Assembly: GCF_009914755.1 (NCBI RefSeq) | Contig: NC_060936.1 | DNA: 64,000 bases | From: the human T2T-CHM13v2.0 reference genome, Homo sapiens | Strand: one strand, 5' to 3' | Shown: positions 42,788 to 57,062 of the stretch, piece by piece | Position numbering within the stretch: the stretch's first letter is position 1 | Layout of the letters: each line of letters starts with the position of its first letter | Notes under the pieces: generated by a model | Database searches by the model: none | Seen by the model: the letters and a program-made list of their open reading frames with translations, nothing else | Told to the model about the DNA's origin: nothing | Program-made: the position numbers and the translations under genes

Positions 42788-44262
42788 AAATTCAGGTCTT
42801 TTAAGGGCCTCCTGCATAACCAGGGGCAAGTGGCAGTCTCTTTGAAGCTCAATTTCCACATTATTATAATAGGAATAAAGTTATCTCATACACTTGTTGC
42901 AAAGATTATACATTAGGTGTAAAATATCTGAGTAGTGTTCTTAATGTATCACATCTATTTAATAAATGGAAACTGTTACTATCATAAATGCTCAAAGACA
43001 AAAAGTACTTGCTCCTCACATAACATAAAATTGCACCCAATTCCATAATCAATGCCTAAACTTTCATCCTATGAAATCTTGCAGCTTGTGATGATTTCTC
43101 TCCGTTGTAATATTTGTACATTTTGTTTTTTTCAAGAATATCAATTTGGACAGAATCTGAATATAACTGACCATCATCAATTACCTGCTAAAAATCTGAT
43201 TGCCTGCAGGCACATTCTGGAAGTCTGTGTGAAAAGAAAAAATGTTTATAGCTACTTAGTTATACCACTTATAAACCCCATTCTTTTAAAAACGTTTTTA
43301 ATGTCTGAAATGAATAAGTAAATGAAATTGGCTATTTATGATTCCTCTGATATTCTCGTGTTTTTTCATGGGAGAATATTAGAAGAATCCTTCAATATGC
43401 ACTTATCTTGTTTTATATCTTTCTTTGTTGATGGAAGTGCAAATCTTTTTAATCTTTCTGAAAATAGCTTTGTAGTGTGTATGAGCTGCCTTGCTTAAAT
43501 TTGAGTATCATTCTCTACTGAAGGATTTCAGAGTGTATTAATGGCAAACAACATTCAATGTAATTGTGCATTCTCTTTCATGTATCATTCAGTTCTTGAA
43601 AAATGAAAATTATTATATCATAAATAATTGTTGTATGCTTCTCAGTAATGTGAAGTGCTGTAGACTGACCATATAAATACATATTTGCATAAAATTGGCA
43701 ATCAAAGATGATGCACGGAAGAACTTACTTGTCAGAACAAATGGTTTGCAATATTCATTATTTTCTTGTAAAGAAACAATTATTGGGGATGACTTAACTA
43801 GTGCAGAGTTATTTGGTGAGCAATGTATTGATCAGACATCTGGAAAGATAAAAATGCCAATACTCAGACTGACAATTTGTCTATAAAACTGGATATATTT
43901 CTTACACACACACACAGACACACACACGCATACACACGGTTTGGCTCTGAAAGTAGTAATTTTCCTTTCTTCTATATGTCCATTGAAATCATTCAAGACG
44001 CTCAAGACACATTTAGCAATGGTGGATGGCAAAATGAAGGATAACAGGGGTTATTTAAGTTAAACATGCATTTTTTTTGGAAAAATAGTGAGTGCAAAAA
44101 ACGTAATTAACTATTTAAGGCTTTGCACTGATACTAGCCAAGAGTGCCCAAACATCTCTCCCCAGGTGTGGTATATTCCATCTCACTATAAAATAAGAGT
44201 GAGAATTTTTACCAAAGGACCATACCCAGAATGTTTAAAACCAAAAATGCTGATTCCCTCAC

Positions 44263-44317
44263 TATTCATTCTTACTGAAACTTTGTACCCTGTGACAATC
44301 ATCTACATATTAAAGTG
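44263..44317 (+). repeat. 55-bp direct copy of 45506-45560
   Basis: tattcattcttactgaaactttgtaccctgtgacaa(t/a)catctacatattaaagtg, 1 mismatch. Confidence 0.9.
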
Positions 44318-44639
44318 GTATGAAACACTAGTGTTATTTACTCCTCAAATATTTATCGAATACTTATGACGTGCAGGTATCATGCATGTGTTTCTGGAAT
44401 TACAAAGATAAAGCACCATTAATTCATTCCTCAAAACCACAAAGTTAACATGGAGAAAACCAAATATAGAAGCAGGTGAAGATTAAAGAGCCAGGAAGGG
44501 AAGGCTGGGCAGAAGGAGGCAAATAGTGGTTAGCACACGTCTAGTTTTTTTATCATACTCATCTCAAATCCCAAAGCAGCCATCTTTGAGGCGTAATAAC
44601 TCTGTTATTTCCCCAAGAAAAGGGCATGTAAGTGTGTAA

Positions 44640-45371
44640 TCTACAAGTGTATAACTGCTTATATATATTTTATTTCTGGTAATTTTTGCTTTATGTATTT
44701 TGAGGTTATGTTAATAGACGCATATAAGTTTTGAATTGTTATATCTTCCAGTGCATTGAACTCTGTTGCCTGTTTCTCCTTTTATTTATGTTAATTTTTT
44801 GCCTTATATATGTTGAGGCTACATGACTAGGCACATAGAAGTTGAGAATAATTATTTTTTTCTGGTGAATTGGTGCTTTCTCATTATGAAACATGATTTT
44901 CTAATTATAATAATATTTCTTAATTTGCTACTTGATCAGATATTAATATAGCTATATATTTGAATTTTGTGTTATATCCTTTTTCATGCTTTGACTTTCA
45001 TATTTTCTGTGTTCTAATTTGAAACGTATACATCTTGTAAGCAGCTTATAGTTTTAAAATCCAGTCTGACATATTTAGCTTAGTCCTTTACATCAAATGC
45101 ATCTGAATACTTATGTTTTGAGCACTTTGGGGTATATATGCTCTTCATTAGTATCAAGTTTACTTTTAACAAAAAGTTCTAACGGTACCTATTTTACATG
45201 GTTGATTTTTGTAACCAAATAAGATTTCTTTCATTTATTGTTCCAAGATTTATTAAGGTATAATTAACAAATACAAATGTTTAAGGCATACAATGTGGTG
45301 TTTCGATATACAATGATCATTGTGAAATGATTACAATAGTCAAGCTAATTAACATATAGACCTCACATAGT

Positions 45372-45405
<34 letters not shown>

Positions 45406-45550
45406 GAAAACATTGAAGCCCTCCTCTCTTAGCAACCTTCAAATATACAATACCATACAGTATTGTTAATTATAGTCAACATGGTATAATTAGAGCTCCA
45501 AAATATATTCATTCTTACTGAAACTTTGTACCCTGTGACAAACATCTACA
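44640..45550 (-). mobile_element. L1M fragments including an L1MA 3' UTR (45235-45550) with (TG)n
   Basis: tttattaaggtataattaacaaat...cattgtgaaatgattac...tcaagctaattaacat. Confidence 0.65.
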
Positions 45551-47429
45551 TATTAAAGTGTGTAATTTCTAACTCTAAGTATGTGATGACCATTTTTTGG
45601 TTTCTATCCATAAGTTTCCAGATACATGATAGTAAAAAAGTTTGTTGAACCCAACTGAAAGAAAAGCATGCAAAAAGGGGTAAGCTTCAAGATCTCTCAG
45701 AGTAAGGACAATAACATGACACACGTGTGAATATACTTTAGACAGTGTATACAATTTATTTGGTCAAGGTAAGTAAGATTAGCTTCTATAATAAACAATC
45801 TTCAAAAGTATAGGAGTATAACACAATAAAGTGTTTTTTTTTCTCATATTATATCTGGCGTTATGGCTACAATGACTGGTTATTTTATAAAAACAATTTT
45901 GATATATCTCAAATACAAAGAAAAAACTCATCCTCTAAAAAACTCAGTAGTTGTGTATGATTATTATTCTTGAGGAATTAGTGACTTTAGTTTCCATAGT
46001 TGTTGTCTCATCAAAGGCAATGGCTATATTTCCTATTTATTTTCTCTCTTGCTTAGTTACCTAGATCAAGGCCACATCATCAAACCAGTTCTTTATATCT
46101 GCTGTTGATTTGATAATGTGAATGTGAAGTGTTACCAAAAGAAATGCACTCAGAGAAGAAGACAAATTAGCTGTATAAACGAATTGGTGGTTCTGACTTT
46201 AGCAGAGAATTCCAGAAATTTCAAAATAAGGAAGGAGCTGTGAGTATTGCTTTTTGCCAACAGTAACCATGTCTAGGATTACTACAAGGACAACTGTATA
46301 GAAACAAAATATACTGAATTGCCTACATGAGCAAAAAACATAACCCCCTAGGTAAATAAGTACTTTCTCAATTCTCCCTTGAAATTTCTAGTTTGTTGAT
46401 GAAGGGGAATAGATACTGTGTAGATCTAAGATAGGGTAAATAAGGTATATTTTAAACTTCCTGTGTAAACTTAATATGCTGTCCTACTGGGGTTTTCTAC
46501 CACACTTGATGAGGTTGTATAATGTTGACATAATATATGCTTGTAAAACATGGTACACACCAATGGAGTAGAAAGTGTCCAGCTGGAGACATCAGAGGGG
46601 CAATTACTCCTGCCAATCTCAGATCATCTGAGTCAATATCAGGGTTTTATAACACAAGACAGCATTTATGACACTTAACGAGTTGCTTCAGTTTTCTAAT
46701 TTTTAAAATAGGGATAAAGTATCTTTCAGGACTATTTTCAGTATTTATTTAATTAGATAATTCATGTGAATAGTTTGTCACAAATTAAACACTCCATATA
46801 TTTAAATCATTATCATATTGGCTTATTCTCATTATTCTCATAGTTAGGGAAAGTAGGATATCAGCAACCCCTCAGCTACTGCTGTGTAGACTGGAAGCCC
46901 CTAAAAACACTTTTAAAAGCACATTATTTTAAATAATTTTTTGAAATGAAGTAATCAGCCGTAGAGTTTTACTTTGGGGACATCTATAATATTTTTAGAC
47001 CTCTAAACTGTGTGCTTATAGCAGCATATTTATAGAAAGACTGTATTTTTTCAATTGTACCATGTTATCGTAGTAATCTTTTTGAAAAGTTAAGCAATAG
47101 ATGAAGCCTCCTTTATATTTGAAGGCCTATTGGGTGGATAAACAGGACTGGGAGATACTGAGAGTTGGAGCCCTTTCATATGCCTGCAACCAATGCCCAT
47201 TCATGGCTGAAGAATGCAGGAAAGACAGTATAAACATGCTTAAGCCTTTCCACTGTGTGTTTCTGCCTCTCCAAGCTTCTCCTATGTATGTGTTTGTGTG
47301 CACGTGTATGTATACGTATATTTGTATTTATTTGTACACACACACACACACGATTTGTTACTTGAAGTCTAGAAAATATTCAAGTTCCACATAAACAACG
47401 GAAATGAATAGCAATGAAAAGAATTCTGT

Positions 47430-47725
47430 GGTTGTTGTTTTTTTTAGAGACGTGGTCACCCAGGCTGGAGTGCTGCCACGGTGTGATCATGGCTCACTTC
47501 CCTGCAGCCTCGACCTCATGGCCTCAAGTGATCCTCCCATCTCAGCCTCTCCAGTAGCTGGGACTACAGGTACAAGCCACCATGCCTGGCTAAGTTTTAC
47601 TTTTTTAGAGACAGTGATCTCACGCTGTTGCCCAGGCTGGTCTCGAACTCCTAGGCTCAAGCAATGCTCCTGCTTCGGCCTTCCAAACTGCTGGGAATCC
47701 AGGCATGAGCCACCATGCCCAGCCG
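47430..47725 (-). mobile_element. Alu (AluJ-like)
   Basis: Antisense diverged Alu. Confidence 0.88.
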
Positions 47726-48761
47726 GAATAGTTTAAATACATGTTCAAAGGCAGAACTCATGTTGAGGATGCAGTCAGCGGCTGAAGTGGGAAAACAAAA
47801 ATACTTCAGTCCTGGAAACTTTGCATGAAGCACGTAATTATTATAAAGATGAGGATACATTTGAATCTGGCATCAAAGGAGATGCTAGAAAGTAGTGTGA
47901 CTATTAGCGTGGTGATTTAGGCTGGTGCGATGAGGAGCTTTTAAAAGGGCCGGGTTTAAATCTGGGATGACTGATTTTCTAACCAGAATGCCAAAGCCCT
48001 CATGGTGATACAGCTATATTCAAAGACACACAGGAGACAAACTCATTGAATTTGGATGAATATTTTAGCAAAGTAAATTGAGACAACCACAATATTTGCC
48101 TAGTTCGTGTCTGTTCTGGAAAATCTTAAGATAAATGTCCTATTTCTTTTTTTTTTTTTTTTGCTCTTTCCAACTGTGAAAACATGAATTCTGGGCACCA
48201 GGGAAAGATCTAGAGACTTAATGTCTGAAATAATATATTTTCACTTTCAGCTAAATGGCTTAAGTCAGTTATTTTTGCCTCATTACTCTCTTCTCTAAAC
48301 CCCATAAGCATCATATAGTTCCTTTGTTCCAGAAAGACTCTAGGTTAAAACAGAGTGACATCTAAGCTTGCTGAAATTTACCATTGGAAGTGGAGGCAGA
48401 ATATGACAAAGTTACTAATGCAGTATGCTTCTGAAAATACCTAGAAAATGTCGACTTCCTCCCCTTCAGCACAGCTCACTTACTGTGGGAAGCAGTCACT
48501 GTCAGAGGCTACAAATCTCAAATGCATGTTAAGTGGAGTGTCAAATACTATGAATACAGCGAGTGCTAAATTCACTGTCCCTGAATTACTCCCATTATCT
48601 GCTCCGGATAGTTCAAGACTATCCTGAAGTACTAGCAATAATATTAGATTGCAATTCAGGGGGTAGGATGTGTGAGTTTCTTGTCAGGCCAGTTCACATT
48701 GCTGGACCTCGGTTTCTCTATACAGGAAATTAGAGCTTCTAAAGTCCTTTGCTGTACTGAA

Positions 48762-49172
48762 ACTATATATATATAAAATATATTATATATTTTATATAAA
48801 ATTTTATAAAAATTTTTATTTTATATAAAAATTTATATTTTATATAAAATTATATATATATTTATATATAATATATTTATATAAATATATATATTATATA
48901 TAATCTATATATTTATATAAAATATATATATAATATATAATATATATATCTAGATTATATATAATATATAATATAGATGATTATATATAATCTATAATAT
49001 AGATGATTATATATAATCTATAATATAGATTATATATAATCTATAATATAGATTATATATATTATATATAGCTATGATATATATATAGCTGTGATATATA
49101 TATAGCTGTGATATATATATAGTTGTGATATATATATAGTTGTGTTATATATGTATAATAATATCTATATTA
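48762..49172. repeat. AT-rich low-complexity/(TA)n-derived repeat
   Basis: ~410 bp of A/T with subunits tatataatctataatataga and gatatatatatagctgt. Confidence 0.9.
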
Positions 49173-49280
49173 TTGTGCTTTATTACAAAGATTTATAATT
49201 ACATTGACTACGGGCCTCTATTGTGCAGAGTTTTTCCAGCTTTATTAAGATATAACTGTCAAATAAAAATTATATATTTA

Positions 49281-49461
<181 letters not shown>

Positions 49462-49600
49462 TTATTTAAATATATTATTAAAGTGGGCCATTTGATACAA
49501 ACAAATGTAGCGTAAATTTTGCAACTTGATGTTTTGATGTACAAATACATTATGAAATAATCACCATAATTAACACATCTATCATTTTATTTATAATGAA

Positions 49601-49634
<34 letters not shown>

Positions 49635-50130
49635 GTGAGAACACTTAAGACCTACCTTCTTGCAAATTTCAAGTATGCAATATACTACCATTAACTCTAG
49701 TTACATTGCCATACAGCAGATCTCCGGAACGTGTTCATCTTATAACTTCACGTCTGTCCCCTTTGACCAACATTTCCTATTTCATCCATCGTCAGACCCT
49801 GCAACCGCCATTCTACTGTCTGCTTTTATGAGTTTGACTATTTCAGATTCCATGTACAAGTGAGGTCACACGGTGTTTGTCATTTCATGTCTGGCTTATT
49901 TTACTGGAGGGGAGGGCAGAAATTTTATAGATGGTTTCAGAAACATTGTGTTGTTAACATTGTTGTCCAGGTTTATGCATATTGTTGCAAATGACAAGAT
50001 TCTCTTCTTTTTAAAGGTTACATAATATTCCGGTATATATATATATACACACACACACATACGTATACATATTTCATCACATATATATGTATGAATTCAC
50101 ATGTTATGTGTATGTATATACACACATATA

Positions 50131-50969
<839 letters not shown>

Positions 50970-51704
50970 TATATGTGTGTGGTGTCTGCGTGTGTGTGTG
51001 TGTATGTGTATGTATACACATTGATAGATACACACACGTGTGTGTGTTTGTGTTTGTCACATATTCTTCATCTGTTCTGCTGTTGACAGATATTGTTTTC
51101 TACATCTTGGATTTTGTGAATAATGCTGGAATGAACATGGAAATATGAACATGGAAATACAGACATATCTTCAAGATACCGATTTCAATTTCACTGGATA
51201 TCCATCCAGCAGAGACATTGCTGGGTCATCTAGTACTCCTGTTTTTAAGGAGGAGAAGATTCATGCTGTTTTCCATACTGGCTGTACCAATTTACATTCC
51301 TGTGAACAGCATACATGAATTTCCTTTTCTCCACATCCTTGCCCGCAATTATCTTCTGTCTTTTTGATATTAGCCATTTTAACAATTGTGGGTGGTATCT
51401 CATTGTGGTTTATGTGCATGTCCCCAATGACGAGTGATGTTGAGCTCCTTTCCATATGCCTCTTGGTCGTTTATATATATCTTTTCAGAAATGTTTATTT
51501 AGGTCGTTTGCTCATTTTTAAACTTGGGGTTTTTTTTTTTGTTTGTTTTTTTGCTGTTGTTTGAGTTTCTTATATATTTTGGATATTAACTCTTTACCAG
51601 ATGTATAGTTTGCAAATATTTTTTCCTCTGCATAGATTGCCTTCTCAATCTGTTGATTGTTCCTTTTGCTGTATTGAAGCATTTTAGTTTGATGAAATCC
51701 TACC

Positions 51705-52112
51705 TGTCTGTTTTACTTTTGTCTATTTTACTTTTTCAGTCTGTGCTTTTTACTTTTTCAGTCTGTGCTGTTTTTCTTTTTGCTTTTTTTCTTTTTACTT
51801 TTTCTGTTTGCTTTTTCAGTCTGTGCTGTTTTACTTTTTCTGTGCTGTTTTACTTTTTTTACTTTTTTACTTTTTTTACTTTTTTACTTTTTTATTTTTT
51901 ACTTTTTTACTTTTTTAATTTTTTTACTTTTTTACTTTTTTTACTTTTTTTACTTTTTTACTTTTTTACTTTTCTGTGCTGTTTTACTTTTTTTACAGTC
52001 TATGCTGGTTTACTTTTTCAGTCTGTGCTGTTTTTCTTTTTACTTTTTTTCCTTTTACTTTTTCTGTTTACCTTTTCAGTCTGTGCTGTTTTACTTTTTC
52101 AGTCTGTGCTTT
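51705..52112 (+). repeat. T-rich degenerate tandem repeat inside L1
   Basis: Units ttttactttttcagtctgtgctg at the edges and (tttttttac)n in the centre. Confidence 0.88.
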
Positions 52113-52606
52113 TGGTGTGACATCCAAAACATCTTTACTGAGACCAAAATCAACAAGACTTTCCTCTCCGTTTTCTTATAGTTATTTTCTTTCAGTCTTA
52201 CATGTAATATTTAATCCACTTTGAATTTATTTTTGAACAGGATGTTTAATAATGGTCCGATTTCATTTTTCTGCATGTGGATATCCGATTTTCCTGACAC
52301 CATTTATTGAAGAGACTATCCTTTTCCCACTGTGTGTTCGTGGAAACTTTGGTGAAGATTGGTTGTCAGTAAATGTGCGGATTTATTCCTGGGCTCCGTG
52401 TTCTGCACCACTGGCCTGTCTGTCTGTTTTTAGGTCATTACTAACCACTTTAATTGCTCTAGCATTTTAACATGCTGTAAAATCAGAAAGTGTGACGCCT
52501 CCAGCTTTGTTCTTCTTACTCGAGATTGCTTTGGCTATCTGAATCTTTTGTGGTCTCATTTGAATTTTAGGAATTTTTTTAATTGATTCTGTAAAAAATG
52601 CATTGG

Positions 52607-54074
52607 GTCACTGTCACGTTGGGTGTGCTGAAGAAGACCACTGGGCTTTGTGGGACTGGCTGTATGTGGGAGTCCACAGGAGCAAAACAACTAGAGCCAG
52701 TCTGCTAAAATGTAAGAGGCTAAGAGTATGGTACAGAAAGATTATTGATGTTCTTGAGCAAATCCCTAAAAATGCAGCATATAGAAAGTATACAGAACAG
52801 ATTATAAAGGAGAAGCTGGCTATGGGTAAAGTGGAACCAGCTGTTAAGAAATTAGAAGATCAACTTCAAGGTGGTCAAGTACAAGAGGTGATTCTTCACA
52901 CTGCAGATGAACTAAGTCTGGCGAGAAAAATGAGCCGAGGAATCCATGGGAGCTCTTAGTGGAAGAGCCTCCCCCTAGTCAGTGGAGATGGCCAATATAA
53001 TTATTAAATGACTTTAGTGGCTTGATGGGAAACTGATGTAATTAAATAGACTGTTATATTAAGAGTGTGCCCATGTTATTGACATTTTATAATCAAGAAA
53101 ACTGATATAGAAAATATTTGGGGGGCTTGTTAAGGTTAGTGATTACGGTAACACAGTCTCGTGGATTAATTTTTTATTTGTAAAGTATTCACATAAATTA
53201 TTACAAAGATGATATGTCTTTGAACAGAGAGGTCCTGGGAAGATTTGAAATTAACTAGAAACATTCTTACAAATCTTCCGTGCAGAAGCCATTTTCAAAA
53301 AGTAAATTTTCTTTAGTAGAATCTTCAATGCATCATTTAATTTTTTTATTATCCTGAAGAAGAAAAGGCCCTTAAATATTATTGTCTAAACAAACGTATA
53401 GATCACTGTTTGAAGTAAATAATAAAGTGAATACTTTCAAATGTGATTAAATAGCCCAAGTCACTGAAAATTTGAAATTATAGTTAACTTTTTTGTCTGT
53501 GATCTTATGTATGTATAGAAAAATTTAAATATATAATTATATACTGATTACAAATTCCATAATAAATGTCCTTTTATTTTACTCATTATTTGAATTATTC
53601 CATTTACTCTGTTTTCATAGTCATAATTTTATGATATTTTGTTGTTAATGGATTATATTTGAAAACTATCAAATTAGATAGAACACATTGTATGGTTGAA
53701 GAAATTGATTTGGTACTTGAAAGAAAGACTTCTTACTGCCTAGAGGTAGTTGGAAAAATTTTTCCTTTTGTTGTATTTATGAAAGCCCATGGCCTATGGC
53801 CTTTAATTTTCTTAATCAACCCAACCACATCAGGATAGAGGTAGAATTTCTGTGAAAGAAGAGACAGTAAGAGTTCCTAAAGTTTTATCTGGCATACAGA
53901 TAGGCCTATATTCAAAACATCTTAGTCATGTGGCTACAGATTCAAAGTGGAATCACTAAGTAATTTGCACTACATTTCTAATATGGGTTTAGGTAAGTAT
54001 CCAAACAAGACAAATGCTGTGTAAGGAAAGAAGCTGGCAAGCTGAAGGTTAAACAAAAATAAAAGTACTTTACA
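52607..54074 (+). pseudogene. NDUFA5: NDUFA5 processed pseudogene (retrocopy; locus number not determined)
   Basis: Intronless [14 protein letters not shown]..., [53 protein letters not shown]..., EEPP..QWRWPI* (TAA 52998-53000). ATG>ACG at 52616 and frameshifts. ~1.07-kb 3' UTR with AATAAA at 54058. Identical 17-nt flanks TGTAAAAAATGCATTGG at 52590-606 and 54075-091. Confidence 0.95.
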
Positions 54075-56689
54075 TGTAAAAAATGCATTGGAATTTTGAG
54101 ATTGCATTAAATCTGTAGATCACTGTTGTAAGCACTGACAAACACCCATGATATGGATTGAATCTATAATATTATTAAAAGACCCATATATTTTTAAGGT
54201 TTAAAATCCTAAAATGTAAATTGTCTCATATAACTGGAAAATCCAGGGGTAAGATAGCCTTCAGGCAAAGTTAGTTTGGGGAGATCGTCAGATCTGCCTT
54301 CTGTCTGGGAGCTTCATATTTATAAAGTTTCTAAAGCTTGTTAGTAAAGACAGCTTCAGGGACTTCCAGCTTTATCTCTACAGCTTATTATGCCAAAGGA
54401 AAAGAGCATATTAAAATAATTTTAATTTCAACAAATCCCTATGGTATTGGTTACAGACCAACATTATCAACCTTGAGGAGATGTTAAAAATATAACAGAC
54501 CTATTGGGAAACAATGTGTGTATCTGTAGGGCAAACCCATCACTTGGACACTGCAGTGAGCTTTCTGTATCCTATTTATTCTCCTCTTTCTGGGTTCACA
54601 GGAAATTGCATTTCCAAGTCTTTCTTGCACTGAAGTGAGAGTATATGATAATACTTTTGCATATTTTTCATAAAAGACTGTTTAATAACAAAATGTAATA
54701 GTTCTCCTTTTTCATTCATGTGGATTGGTGAAAGTAGATGACTGTAATATAGTGTACCAGCTTTTTGTAAAAAACATGCAGCCCAAATTAAAAGGTTGTG
54801 CCTAGACAAAAAACACTCAATTACATCAGACTGGCAGGAGCAAGGAAAAAAAAAGTTTTATTTTGTCAAGCCACCAAATTTTACAATTGTTACTGCAGCA
54901 CAACCTCCAAGCTGTCTGATACCGAATGAATGGTTACCTAGAGATGGCTAATGATGGATAGATGTGGCAATGTTGCTGCATTTAACACAAAATGGGTGTT
55001 CAGGCAAAATGTACTTGATTTAGTACTTTATGTTTTCATAATACAGCCTAAAAATGATGAAAGTGTGAAGCAGTCACATATCTTGTAAGACATAAGATGA
55101 TTTTTACTATCTTCAGAATTACGAAATCAAGGTCAGTTCAAATGAGAGGAAAACAAAATAAATGATTCCCCAACCTCAAAGACCCACGATGAAATAATAA
55201 ATCTTCAGAGCTTATCTCCTGGTGGTGACATATGCCACAAAGCAATGGGGCACAATCAGTCAATGTGCTCATTTTATCAGAGTCAATAAATGTTTCCTTT
55301 TCTTTTTTAAAATTTTATTACATTGATGTGCATAAAAACACATGGACACACATGAGGCACACATAAAAAATCTCTATCACTTGATATTTTCTTTTGTTCT
55401 CAATTTTTTAGTTTCTATTATGATTTTATATCTCCTTTATAACAATATTAAAAAATTGCAGAAAACCTTCTGATTTTTATAATATTTTAAATTTCATATA
55501 GAAATTGAATTAGAGTTAAAAACTAGAATTAAAAATCCAAATAAAATTAGAAAATATGATCAGTATGCCATTTATTTCCGATTGTGTGAACTGCCAAAGT
55601 TTTGACAGTACATAATATTGCAAATATCCCTTACTAATCATTTCAAAGTTTATATACCCAATTTTAATCATTTTGTAATTTTATAGAGAGGTGTTTGCTT
55701 TGCATTCTCTGCTAATCCAGGGCAAGAAGGAGATATGGTAGCGAGCATCAGGAAATAGAGACTTATCTTAAGAGATAGAATTCAGGTCTGAGACTGCATC
55801 TCTATGGACAGCTACACTGAAAAGGAAAGACTGAAGTTTTTGTTCATTTTTCCTAGACATTACATAATTGTCACTTTAGAGATTTTTTCCCATTTGCATT
55901 TTTAGGTCCTTTTTATAATTATTATGATATTGTTATGCTGCTGATTTTTGTATAACTAATTTGTATTCAGCTACATTTTTTTTAATTCTACTTGTTTATT
56001 ATTTTTATTATTCTTTATATCTAGGTTTCCTAAATACAAAATTATTTTTAAGTTAATATTTCAGTTTATGTAATTGTAAATCATCTTTTAGTTCAAACAT
56101 TTAAAACATATAGGTCATTAAATTATAGTTAGAGGACTTTGCTGTGCATACATAGGATGTATTTATTTACATACAGCTATATTTCATCCCAAATTAGATT
56201 TTATGTTAGAGATGACTTCACCAGATGTCTTGATCAAGATTCCAAAACATTTTTGGCTGCCCTTGAACATTTCAGGGGCACAGCTGCTTGCCGCCTCTCT
56301 GGGTGCTCTGTTGAGAACAGTGGCTCCGTTGGAGTTGAAATGGACAATCTACAGGAAATATTTGAACCACCGTCTCCCCACATGCTCCAGCTGTCCCTAT
56401 AAAAGGCTGGATTTTAGAATAGAGATCAAAGCACAAAAGAGAAGAGAGAAACTGAGGCCCAGAGAAGGGTCTGCGTCTTGGAGCCCACTCACTGGGATGC
56501 CCATAAAAATTCAGGCTAGGGCCATCTGAAATTCTGAAGAGGTAAGTCTTCTGGGTGATAGGATCCAGCCTCCTTTATCACTCCTGGTGTTGGCCTGTTA
56601 ACCTAGAGCCTTCAGTGTATGTATGTTTGAAGGGAAAGGCCAGTGTCTCTTTTCTGTGCAATTCCAGGGGTATTAATAATATTGTACCC

Positions 56690-57062
56690 TGCTATGGGTT
56701 GAATGATGGTGTTCTCTCTAAAGTTCATGTTGAAACTTAATCCCCAATGCAACAGTATTAGGAGCTGTGGCTTTTGGGGGGTGATTAAGTCATGAGAGTT
56801 CCACCCTCATAAAGGGAATTAGCATCCTTATAGAAGGGTTCAACTCTGAAGGGAGTACTTTCTTGCCTTTGCATCTTCTGCTACTTGAGGATCCAGCCAC
56901 AGGGTGCCATTTTGGAAGCAGAGAGCAATGCTCACCAGACACCAATACCAGCAACTGGATCTTGGATTTGCCAGCCTCCAGTACCACAAGAAATACATTT
57001 CTGTTCTTCATAAGTTACCTAGTCTAAGATACTTTGTTACAGCAGCACAAACAGAAGAATAC
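56690..57062 (+). mobile_element. MaLR LTR (MSTD/MLT1A-like)
   Basis: tgctatgggttgaatg...gttcatgttgaaacttaatccccaatg...tttgttacagcagcacaaac. Confidence 0.8.

Noticed and set aside
51705-52112. CRISPR-like repeat-spacer array (recurring cagtctgtgct)
   Set aside because: The spacers are T-rich degenerate copies rather than unique sequences; the context is eukaryotic with no cas genes.
51653-52224. Hydrophobic Phe/Leu-rich ORFs resembling membrane proteins
   Set aside because: They are translations of a T-rich tandem repeat that lacks stop codons.
52603-52959. 118-aa ORF as a functional NDUFA5 retrogene
   Set aside because: It starts at TTG within the target-site repeat, the native ATG is ACG, and both termini are out of the NDUFA5 frame.
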